Of a stretch of 20,000 bases of DNA, positions 1 through 11,076 are shown one piece after another (the stretch's first letter is position 1; every line of letters starts with the position of its first letter). The stretch is from Raillietiella orientalis. Lineage: Eukaryota. Location of the stretch: contig JAYWIR010000046.1 in NCBI GenBank assembly GCA_036172245.1, forward strand, positions 1,474,662 to 1,494,661, written 5' to 3'. The position numbers and the translations under genes were made by a program. The notes beneath the pieces are model-generated. The model made no database searches and had not been told where the DNA came from. It worked only from the letters and a program-made list of their open reading frames with translations.

Positions 1-1109
1 TGTTGTGGAACGAGAGTCAAGATATCTTTGCTCCTTCAAATTCGAAGAATATAAAAGGGTGTCATTTGATCCGCAAACTTGGTTTCCTGGACAACGAAAG
101 AGATGTCGGAGTGTACAATCTCTTGGAAGAAATAACTATTCATCATTGTTCACGACAGCAGTCTAAATTTGACATGATTTGCAAAGATGATATCAAGAAT
201 ACGGATGCGTGATCTTCCTAGAAGGATATAATTAGCTCTGCCTGGGAAAACAAGCAAAACTCATTGAAAATGTCAACATAATATAATATCTGATACAGAA
301 CAGAAGTCACCAACAATCTAAAACAACAGGAATGCTTGTTGACGATTTTCAACATTAGTTGCTACGTTATGAATTCCGTAGTGAATCGGTTGTCACTTGC
401 TGCCATGTCGATGACACTGGAATTGTCAGGTCCCACCAAAAAATTGCAGATTCCCAATGGCAGTCGATTTGCGACTTGTCAACCGTATGAAACCGGAACA
501 ATCGGTGCATTTGAAATGAGATCAGCAGATGCATGCTAAATTTTAATCACAATTACGTTAAGAAAGCAAGGAAAATAGTAAAATTTTCCAAATTGCGCTG
601 CTTGAATGGCGTCCGCATTTGCAGTGCAACCTTCAACTTTGTAACGATTCAGCTATGCAGAAATTGCCTCTTGCACATCAGTCGACGTCCACACCTAGAT
701 CAGAATTCGCGATGCAACTGAAACTGTTTTGCCAGTTTTTATTGTTTCTATAGGCATGGCGCAACTTGGCAAACCTCAATGATCGAGGTTGCGAATTTTT
801 AGAAAAATTGTAAATAGCAGGCTGTATCGAAGAATAATGTTGATAAAACAAGTTATTCTTGTTTGTCCAAGCAGATCGGAATCGAAATAAAGAGAGGTGA
901 GGGTGTAGTGCCATTGCAGAATAAAAGAAAAGGAACGAAAAACATCTTTGCTGTTAATGTACTGGGAACGGAGTAACTAGGACTTCCGACGTAGATTTTC
1001 TTGTGTGTCTCGGTATATTGAATAGCACTTACGTGGGTGCTCTTTTGCCGCCATGGACGACATTCATGTGAAAGCACAAGAGCGGAAAGGTCTTTTGCAG
1101 AGACAACCT
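1..1109 (+). repeat. Subunit A (~1.1 kb) of the dimeric unit (shown for unit 1; present in every unit)
   Basis: Colinear manual alignment to subunit B, with anchors at 1/1110, ~204/1314, 384/1494, 676/1784, 872/1973 and 982/2085. Confidence 0.9.
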
Positions 1110-2212
1110 TGTCTTGGAACTGCCGTGGAAAGATCTATGATTCGTAGTTTACTTTGGCTCTGAATGTTTGGTCTTCACTTTGTGACTTTCGTTTCCATGA
1201 CAATGGGATGGATTTAGAGTGTTCATTTCTTTGGAAGGAAAGGAAAGTCCGTGTTCTTTATCGCTGTTGTCTTGAACTGTTATCTTCTATGGAGTACATG
1301 TGTGAAGTATGCCGATGCATTCTCATCAAAGCAACGAAAATATACCTGTGCGTAAAAAGTGGAAAGGAACCGAATGAAGACATTAGTTTGCTCGAAAGAA
1401 TTACTTCGGCACAGACGTAACCCAATCCTAGAGGAGAACGAGTGCTATTACAGGAATTGCTTCATTCGTTCAGGCGACAATTATTCTGTAACAAATCGGT
1501 TGTGTCGCACAGAAATGTCGATGAGACTGGACATATTAGTGCTCACCGAAATATTGCACCTGCGCTCCTGTAATCCAGAGATTTTGACGGTATGTGATCC
1601 GAACCATCGAATCTTTGCAGTTGAGTGTGAGAGATGCGTATTTCAAGTTGTTTTCGATAGCCAAACGAATTCAACGCAGATTGAATTCTTAGAAAATTTT
1701 CCTTTCTCAAATAGTGTTATTATTTCGATTGAAACGCTCTGCTTTATGGCGAAGAACCATGGGAAGAACTGCTTATGTTTGCGCATCAGTCGACGTGCAC
1801 ACATAATTCCATTACCTTCTTATTAGATATTCAAACCTTTAGTTAGGGTTTGAATCCGCTTTGCGCCACTTAAAGAACTCTGTCTAAGTGGCTGTGCTTA
1901 TGCTTTCCGAGAATCAAAATGACAACTAGCGTTGAAATGTTAGTAACCAAGGGTGGCATTCGTTCGTCGACACAGATCGAATGGCCAATCCAAGCAGCTA
2001 GAGATGTAGTGTCATTTTATGAAAACAAAACAGAAAAGTAACAACCTCGTCGTCATTGCTGTTACATGGAAGGCAATAACTCGAACTTGCGACAAGCAAT
2101 TCCCAATGTTTCTCGGAATATGGAATACAACATTGGTGTCTCTTCCTTTGTCGGAATCGGTTAATTTCTTCATAGCGAAGATGCCATGGAAGCTGTCTCA
2201 CAGGAAAACAGC
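1110..2212 (+). repeat. Subunit B (~1.1 kb) of the dimeric unit (shown for unit 1; present in every unit)
   Basis: Starts tgtcttggaactgccgtggaaagatctatg, matching tgttgtggaacgagagtcaagatatctttg of subunit A without gaps; further anchors follow at a near-constant offset. Confidence 0.9.
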
Positions 2213-4426
2213 TGTTGTGGAACGAGAGTCAAGATATCTTTGCTCCTTCAAATTCGAAGAATATAAAAGGGTGTCATTTGATCCGCAAACTTGGTTTCCT
2301 GGACAACGAAAGAGATGTCAGAGTGTACAATCTCTTGGAAGAAATAACTATTCATCATTGTTCACGACAGCAGTCTAAATTTGACATGATTTGCAAAGAT
2401 GATATCAAGAATACGGATGCGTGATCTTCCTAGGAGGATATAATTAGCTCTGCCTGGGAAAACAAGCAAAACTCATTAAAAATGTCAACATAATATAATA
2501 ACTGATACAGAACAGAAGTCACCAACTATCTAAAACAACAGGAATGCTTGTTGACGATTTTCAACATTAGTTGCTACGTTATGAATTCCGTAGTGAACTT
2601 GGTTGTCACTTGCTGCCATGTCGATGACACACTGGAATTGTCAGGTCCCACCAAAAATTGCAGATTCCCAATGGCAGTCGATTTGCGACTTGTCAACCGT
2701 ATGAAACCGGAACAATCGGTGCATTTGAAATGAGATCAGCAGATGCATGCCTAAATTTTAATCACAATTACGTTAAGAAAGCAAGGAAAATAGTAAAATT
2801 TTCCAAATTGCGCTGCTTAAATGGCGTCCGCATTTGCAGTGCAACCTTCAACCTTGTAACGATTCAGCTATGCAGAAATTGCCTCTCTTTGCACATCAGT
2901 CGACGTCCACACCTAGATCAGAATTCGCGATGCAACTGAAACTGTTTTGCCAGTTTTTATTGTTTCTATAGGCATGGCGCAACTTGGCAAACCTCGTCGA
3001 TCGAGGTTGCGAATTTTTAGAAAAATTGTAAATAGCAGGTCATATCGAAGAATAATGTTGATAAAACAAGTTATTCTTGCTGTCCAAGCAGATCGGAATC
3101 GAAATAAAGAGAGGTGAGGGTGTAGTGCCATTGCAGAATAAAAGAAAAGGAACGAAAAACATCTTTGCTGTTAATGTACTGGGAACGCAGTAACAAGGAC
3201 TTCCGACGTAGATTTTCTAGTGTGTCTCGGTATATTGAATAGCACTTACGTGGGTGCTCTTTTGCCGCCATGGGCGACATTTATGTGAAAGCACAAGAGC
3301 GGAAAGATCTTTTGCAGAGACAACCTTGTCTTGGAACTGCAGTGGAAAGATCTATGATTCGTAGTTTACTTTGGCTCTGAATGTTTGGTCTTCACTTTGT
3401 GACATTCGTTTCCATGACAATGGGATGGATTTAGAGTGTTCATTTCTTGAAAGAAAAAAGACCGTGTTCTTTATCGCTGTTGTCTTGAACTGTTATTTTC
3501 TGTGGAGTATATGTGTGAAGTATGCCGATGCATTCTCATCAAAGCAACTGAAATATACTGTGCGTAGAAAATGGAAAGCAACCGAATGCAGACATTAGTT
3601 TCCTCGAATGAATTACTTCGACACAGACGTAACCAAATCCAAGAGTAGAACGAGTGCTATTACAGGAATTGTTTTATTTCGTTTTTACATACCATTCTGT
3701 AACAAATCAGTTGTGTCGCACAGAAATGTCGATGGAACTGGACATATTAGTGCTCACCGAAAAATTGCACCTGCGCTCCCTGTAATCCAGATTTGGATTT
3801 AGACGGTATGTGATCCGAACCATCGAATCTTTGCAGTTGAGTGTTAGAGATGCGTATTTCGTTATGTTTTCGATAGCAAAACGAATTCAACGCAGATTTA
3901 ATTCTTAGAAAATTTTGCTTTCTCAAATAGTGTTATTACATCGATTGAAACGCTCTCCTTTATGGCGAAGAACCATGGGAAGAACTGCTTATGTTTGCGC
4001 ATCAGTCGACGTGCACACATGATTCTATATTAACCATAGATATCCAAACCAGCGGTACAGGGTTTGAATCCGCTCTGCGCCACTTAACAAACTTTGTCTA
4101 TCGCTGTGCTTATGCTTTCCGAGAATCAAAATGACAACTAGCGTTGAAATGTTAGTATTCAAGAAGGCATTCTTCGTTCGTCGACACAGATCGAATGGCC
4201 AATCCAAGCAGCTAGAGATGTAGTGTCATTTTATGAAAACAAAACAGAAAAGTAACAACCTCGTCGTCATTGCTGCCACATGGAAGGCAATAACTCGAAC
4301 TTCCTACAACCAGTTTCCAATGTTTCTCGGAATATACAATACAACATTGGTGTCTCTTCCTTTGTCGGAATCGGTTAATTTCTTCATAGCGAACATGCCA
4401 TGGAAGCTATCTCACAGGAAAACAGC
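2213..4426 (+). repeat. Repeat unit 2 (2214 bp)
   Basis: Anchor-to-anchor distance. Type 'b' start (ttcctaggagg). Confidence 0.95.
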
Positions 4427-6636
4427 TGTTGTGGAACGAGAGTCAAGATATCTTTGCTCCTTCAAATTCGAAGAATATAAAAGGGTGTCATTTGATCCGC
4501 AAACTTGGTTTCCTGGACAACGAAAGAGATGTCAGAGTGTACAATCTCTTGGAAGAAATAACTATTCATCATTGTTCACGACAGCAGTCTAAATTTGACA
4601 TGATTTGCATAGATGATATCAAGAATACGGATGCGTGATCTTCCTAGAAGGATATAATTAGCTCTGCCTGGGAAAACAAGCAAAAAACATTAAAAATGTA
4701 CACATAATATAATAACTGATACAGAACAGAAGTCACCAACTATCTAAAACAACAGGAATGCTTGTTGACGATTTTCAACATTAGTTGCTACGTTATGAAT
4801 TCCGTAGTGAATCGGTTGTCACTTGCTGCCATGTCGATGACACTGGAATTGTCAGGTCCCACCAAAAAATTGCAGATTCCCAATGGCAGTCGATTTGCGA
4901 CTTGTCAACCGTATGAAACCGAAACAATCGGTGCATTCAAAATGAGATCAGCAGATGCACGCTAAATTTTAATCACAATTACGTTAAGAAAGCAAGGAAA
5001 ATAGTAAAATTTTCCAAATTGCGCTGCTTAAATGGTGTCCGCATTTGCAGTGCAACCTTCAACTTTGTAACGATTCAGCTATGCAGAAATTGCCTCCTTT
5101 GCACATCAGTCGACGTCAACACCTAGATCAGAAATCGCGGCAAGAAACTGAAACTGTTTTGCCAGTGTTTATTGTTTCTATGAGCATGCCGCAACTTGGC
5201 AAACCTCGTCGATCGAGGTTGCGAATTTAGAAAAATTGTAAATAGCAGGCTGTATCGAAGAATAATGTTGAAACATGTTATTCTTTGTTCGTCCAAGCAG
5301 ATCGAAATCGAAATAAAGAGAGGTGAGGGTGTAGTGCCATTGCAGAATAAAAGAAAAGGAACGAAAAACATCTTCGCTGTTAATGTACTGGGAACGCAGT
5401 AACTAGGACTTCCGACGTAGATTTTCTAATGTGTCTCGGTATATTGAATAGCACTTACGTGGGTGCTCTTTTGCCGCCATGGGCGACATTCATGTGGAAG
5501 CACAAGAGCGGAAAGATCTTTTGCAGAGACGAGCTTGTCTTGGAACTGCCGTGGAAAGATCTATGATTCGTAGTTCACTTTGGCTCTGAATGTTTGCTCT
5601 TCTATTTGTGACATTCGTTTCCATGACAATGGAATGGATTTAGAGTGTTCATTTCTTTGGAAAGAAAGGAAAGACGGTGTTCTTTATCGCTGTTGTCTTG
5701 AACTGTTATTTTCTGTGGAGTATATGTGTGAAGTACGCCGATGCATTCTCATCATAGCAACGAAAATATACCTGTGCGTAGAAAGTGGAAAGCAGCCGAA
5801 TGCAGACATTAGTTTGCTCGAAAGAATTACTTCGGCACAGACGTAACCAAATCCTAGAGGAGAACGAGTGCTATTACAGGAATTGCTTCATTCGTTTAGG
5901 CGACAATTATTCTGTAACAAATCGGTTGTGTCGCACAGAAATGTCGATGGAACTGGACATATTAGTGCTCTCCGAAAAATTGCACCTGCGCTTTTGTAAT
6001 CCAGATTCGGATTTAGACGGTATGTGATCCGAACCATCGAATCTTTGCAGTTGAGTGTTAGAGATGCGTATTTCGTTATGTTTTCGATAGCCAAACGAAT
6101 TCAACGCAGATTGACTTCTTAGAAAATTTTCCTTTCTCAAATAGTGTTATTATTTCGATTGAAACGCTCTGCTTCATGGCGAAGAACCATGGGAAGAACT
6201 GCTTATGTTTGCGCATCAGTCGACGTGCACACATAACTCTATATTAACTATAGATATTCAAACCAGCTGCACAGGGTTTGAATCCGCTTTGCGCCACTTA
6301 AAGAACTCTGTCTATGGCTGTGCTTATGCTTTCCGAGAATCAAAATGACAACGAGCGTTGAAATGTTAGTAACCAAGTGTAGGCATTCTTCGTTCGTCGA
6401 CACAGATCGAATGGCCAATCCAAGCAGCTAGAGATGTAGTGTCATTTTATGAGAACAAAACAGAAAAGTAACAACCTTGTCGTCATTGCTGCCACATGGA
6501 AGGCAATAACTCGAACTTCCTACAACCAATTTTAATGTTTCTGGAATATGGAATACAACATGTCTCTTCCTTCGTCGGAATCGGTTAATTTCTTCATAGC
6601 GAAGATGCCATGGAAGCTGTCTCACAGGAAAACAGC
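4427..6636 (+). repeat. Repeat unit 3 (2210 bp)
   Basis: Anchor-to-anchor distance. Type 'c' start (tttgcataga, caaaaaacattaaaaatgtacac). Confidence 0.95.
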
Positions 6637-8857
6637 TGTTGTGGAACGAGAGTCAAGATATCTTTGCTCCTTCAAATTCGAAGAATATAAAAGGGTGTCA
6701 TTTGATCCGCAAACTTGGTTTCCTGGACAACGAAAGAGATGTCGGAGTGTACAATCTCTTGGAAGAAATAACTATTCATCATTGTTCACGACAGCAGTCT
6801 AAATTTGACATGATTTGCAAAGATGATATCAAGAATACGGATGCGTGATCTTCCTAGAAGGATATAATTAGCTCTGCCTGGGAAAACAAGCAAAACTCAT
6901 TGAAAATGTCAACATAATATAATATCTGATACAGAACAGAAGTCACCAACAATCTAAAACAACAGGAATGCTTGTTGACGATTTTCAACATTAGTTGCTA
7001 CGTTATAAATTCCGTAGTGAATCGGTTGTCACTTGCTGCCATGTCGATGACACTGGAATTGTCAGGTCCCACCAAAAAATTGCAGATTCCCAATGGCAGT
7101 CGATTTGCGACTTGTCAACCGTATGAAACCGGAACAATCGGTGCATTTGAAATGAGATCAGCAGATGCATGCTAAATTTTAATCACAATTACGTTAAGAA
7201 AGCAAGGAAAATAGTAAAATTTTCCAAATTGCGCTGCTTGAATGGCGTCCGCATTTGCAGTGCAACCTTCAACTTTGTAACGATTCAGCTATGCAGAAAT
7301 TGCCTCTCTTTGCACATCAGTCGACGTCCACACCTAGATCAGAATTCGCGATGCAACTGAAACTGTTTTGCCAGTTTTTATTGTTTCTATAGGCATGGCG
7401 CAACTTGGCAAACCTCGTCGATCGAGGTTGCGAATTTTTAGAAAATTGTAAATAGCAGGCTGTAACTGAAGAATAATGTTGATAAAACAAGTTATTATTC
7501 TTTGTTTGTCCAAGCAGATCGGAATCGAAATAAAGAGAGGTGAGGGTGTAGTGCCATTGCAGAATAAAAGAAAAGGAACGAAAAACATCTTTGCTGTTCA
7601 TGTACTGGGAACGCAGTAACTAGGACTTCCGACGTAGATTTTCTAGTGTGTCTCGGTATATTCAATAGCACTTACGTGGGTGCTCTTTTGCCGCCATGGG
7701 CGACATTCATGTGAAAGCACAAGAGCGGAAAGGTCTTTTGCAGAGACAACCTTGTCTTGGAACTGCCGTGGAAAGATCCATGATTCGTAGTTTACTTTGG
7801 CTCTGAATGTTTGTTCTTCACTTTGTGACATTCATTTCCATGACAATGGGATGGATTTAGAGTGTTCATTTCTTTGGAAGGAAAGGAAAGTCCGTGTTCT
7901 TTATCGCTGTTGTCTTGAACTGTTATCTTCTATGGAGTACATGTGTGAAGTATGCCGATGCATTCTCATCAAAGCAACGAAAATATACCTGTGCGTAAAA
8001 AGTGGAAAGGAACCGAATGAAGACATTAGTTTGCTCGAAAGAATTACTTCGGCACAGACGTAACCAAATCCTAGAGGAGAACGAGTGCTATTACAGGAAT
8101 TGCTTCATTCGTTCAGGCGACAATTATTCTGTAACAAATCGGTTGTGTCGCACAGAAATGTCGATGGGACTGGACATATTAGTGCTCACCGAAATATTGC
8201 ACCTGCGCTCCTGTAATCCAGATTCTGATTTAGACGGTATGTGATCCGAACCATCGAATCTTTGCAGTTGAGTGTTAGACATGCGTATTTCGTTATGTTT
8301 TCGATAGCCAAACGAATTCAACGCAGATTTAATTCTTAGAAAATTTTCCTTTTTCAAATAGTGTTATTATTTCGATTGAAACGCTCTGCTTTATGGCGAA
8401 GAACCATGGGAAGAACTGCTTATCTTTGCGCATCAGTCGACGTGCACACATGATTCTATATTAACCATAGATATCCAAACCAGCGGTACAGGGTTTGATT
8501 CCGCTCTGCGCCACTTAAAAAACTTTGTCTATCGCTGTGCTTATGCTTTCCGAGAATCAAAATGACAACTAGCGTTGAAATGTTAGTATCCAAGAAGGCA
8601 TTCTTCGTTCGTCGACACAGATCGAATGGCCAATCCAAGCAGCTATAGATGTAGTGTCATTTTATGAAAACAAAACAGAAAAGTAACAACCTCATCGTCA
8701 TTGCTGCCTCATGGAAGCCAATAACTCGAACTTCCGACAAGCAATTCCCAATGTTTCTCGGAATATGGAATACAACATTGGTGTATTTTGCTTTGTCGGA
8801 ATCGGTTAATTTCTTCATAGCGAACAAGCCATGGAAGCTGTCTTGCAGGAAAACAGC
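6637..8857 (+). repeat. Repeat unit 4 (2221 bp)
   Basis: Anchor-to-anchor distance. Type 'a' start, with an end resembling unit 2. Confidence 0.95.
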
Positions 8858-11076
8858 TGTAGTGTAACAAGAGTCAAGATATCTTTGCTCCTTCAAATTC
8901 GAAGAATATAAAAGGGTGTCATTTGTTTCGCAACCTTTGTTTCCTGGACAACGAAACAGATGTCGGAGGTGCACTCACGGTAGAAAGGGAGGAAGTCATC
9001 ATTGTTCACGACAGCAGTCTAAATTTGACATGATTTGCATAGATGATATCAAGAATACGGATGCGTGATCTTCCTAGAAGGATATAATTAGCTCTGCCTG
9101 GGAAAACAAGCAAAACTCATTAAAAATGTCAACATAATATAATAACTGATACAGAACAGAAGTCACCAACTATCTAAAACAACAGGAATGCTTGTTGACG
9201 ATTTTCAACATTAGTTGCTACGTTATGAATTCCGCAGTGAATCGGTTGTCACTTGCTGCCATGTCGATGACACTGGAATTGTCAGGTCCCACCAAAAAAT
9301 AGCAGATTCCCAATGGCAGTCGATTTGCGACTTGTCAACCGTATGAAACAAAAACAATCGGTGCATTTGAAATGAGATCAGCAGATGCATGCTAAATTTT
9401 AATCACAATTACGTTAAGAAAGCAAGGAAAATAGTAAAATTTTCCAAATTGCGCTGCTTAAATGGCGTCCGCATTTGCAGTGCAACCTTCAACTTTGTAA
9501 CGATTCAGCTATGCAGAAATTGCCTCTCTTTGCACATCAGTCGACGTCCACACCTAGATCAGAATTCGCGATGCAACTGAAACTGTTTTGCCAGTTTTTA
9601 TTGTTTCTATAGGCATGGCGCAACTTGGCAAACCTCGTCGATCGAGGTTGCGAATTTTTAGAAAAATTGTAAATAGCAGGCTGTATCGAAGAATAATGTT
9701 GATAAAACAAGTTATTCTTTGTTTGTCCAACCAGATCGAAATCGAAATAAAGAGATGTGAGGGTGTAGTGCCATTGCAGAATAAAAGAAAAGGAACGAAA
9801 AACATCTTTGCTGTTAATGTACTGGGAACGCAGTAACTAGGACTTCCGACGTAGATTTTCTAGTGTGTCTCGGTATATTCAATAGCACTTACGTGGGTGC
9901 TCTTTTGCCGCCATGGGCGACATTCATGTGAAAGCACAAGAGCGGAAAGGTCTTTTGCAGAGACAACCTTGTCTTGGAACTGCAGTGGAAAGATCTATGA
10001 TTCGTAGTTTACTTTGGCTCTGAATGTTTGGTCTTCACTTTGTGACATTCGTTTCCATGACAATGGGATGGATTTAGAGTGTTCATTTCTTTGGAAGGAA
10101 AGGAAAGTCCGTGTTCTTTATCGCTGTTGTCTTTAACTGTTATCTTCTGTGGAGTACATGTGTGAAGTATGCCGATGCATTCTCATCAAAGCAACGAAAA
10201 TATACCTGTGCGTAAAAAGTGGAAAGGAACCGAATGAAGACATTAGTTTGCTCGAAAGAATTACTTCGGCACAGACGTAACCAAATCCTAGAGGAGAACG
10301 AGTGCTATTACAGGAATTGCTTCATTCGTTCAGGCGTCAATTATTCTCTAACAAATCGGTTGTGTCGCACAGAAATGTCGATGGGACTGGACATATTAGT
10401 GCTCACCGAAATATTGCACCTGCGCTCCTGTAATCCAGATTCGGATTTAGACGGTATGTGATCCGAACCATCGAATCTTTGCAGTTGAGTGTTAGACATG
10501 CGTATTTCGTTATGTTTTCGATAGCCAAACGAATTCAACGCAGATTGAATTCTTAGAAAATTTTCCTTTCTCAAATAGTGTTATTATTTCGATTGAAACG
10601 CTCTGCTTTATGGCGAAGAACCATGGGAAGAACTGCTTATGTTTGCGCATCAGTCGACGTGCACACATAATTCTATAATAACTATAGATATTCAAACCAG
10701 CTGCACAGGGTTTGAATCCGCTTTGCGCCACTTAAAGAACTCTGTCTATGGCTGTGCTTATGCTTTCCGAGAATCAAAATGACAACTAGCGTTGAAATGT
10801 TAGTAACCAAGTGTAGGCATTCTTCGTTCGTCGACACAGATCGAATGGCCAATCCAAGCAGCTAGAGATGTAGTGTCATTTTATGAAAACAAAACAGAAA
10901 AGTAACAACCTCGTCGTCATTGCTGTTACATGGAAGGCAATAACTCGAACTTCCGACAAGCAATTCCCAATGTTCCTCGGAATATGGAATACAACATTGG
11001 TGTCTCTTCCTTTGTCGGAATCGGTTAATTTCTTCATAGCGAACATGCCATGGAAGCTATCTCACAGGAAAACAGC
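8858..11076 (+). repeat. Repeat unit 5 (2219 bp), divergent first ~140 bp
   Basis: Variant anchor tgtagtgtaacaagag. Middle and end resemble unit 1. Confidence 0.95.

Larger units (their letters stand above)
1..2212 (+). repeat. Repeat unit 1 (2212 bp)
   Basis: Anchor-to-anchor distance. Type 'a' start (gatgtcggag, cattgaaaatg, ataatatctg, caacaatcta). Confidence 0.95.

Noticed and set aside
21..194. Long-range pairing gatatctttgc..tcaaatt / aatttga..gcaaagatgatatc enclosing smaller stems
   Set aside because: The helices are short and AT-rich with bulges, and they are broken without compensation in units 3, 5, 7 and 9. This is compatible with chance.
434..448. Minus-strand Sm-site-like AATTTTTTGG (paralog AATTTTTCGG at the B equivalent), suggesting an snRNA or SL RNA array
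   Set aside because: No U1/U2/U4/U5, SL1 or 5S sequence is recognisable nearby, the B-half site is mutated (gaaatattgc) in units 1, 4 and 5, and A-tracts are common here.
730..1600. Splice-like signals on both strands (e.g. gtttctatag at ~752, ag/gtgagg at ~896, tcttttgcag at 1100, cg/gtatgt at ~1590)
   Set aside because: I could not assemble a coherent exon chain, the ~752 acceptor varies between units, and A/B divergence shows no clear exon/intron contrast.
1359..1826. Longest ORF in the track (155 aa)
   Set aside because: It exists only in unit 1 because of private indels joining frames; other units stop at ...DGM*.
1..2212. Alternative genetic code (TAR=Gln or TGA=Cys/Trp/Gly) opening a long ORF
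   Set aside because: The plus-strand frames I translated contain both TGA and TAA/TAG stops, and A/B homology requires frameshifts.
2019..2378. 119-aa ORF MKTKQKSNN...LFTTAV (also at 4233 and 10883, and starting again at ~19736)
   Set aside because: No recognisable domain. It is disrupted by indels or stops in the copies near 6449, 8664, 13094, 15311 and 17524, and its half-A/B paralogous frame contains stops. Recurrence reflects the DNA repeat, not demonstrated selection.
10709..10730. tRNA T-arm / Pol III B-box-like ggtttgaatcc followed by gcgcca
   Set aside because: It lacks the invariant TTC, and I could not build an upstream A-box or cloverleaf.
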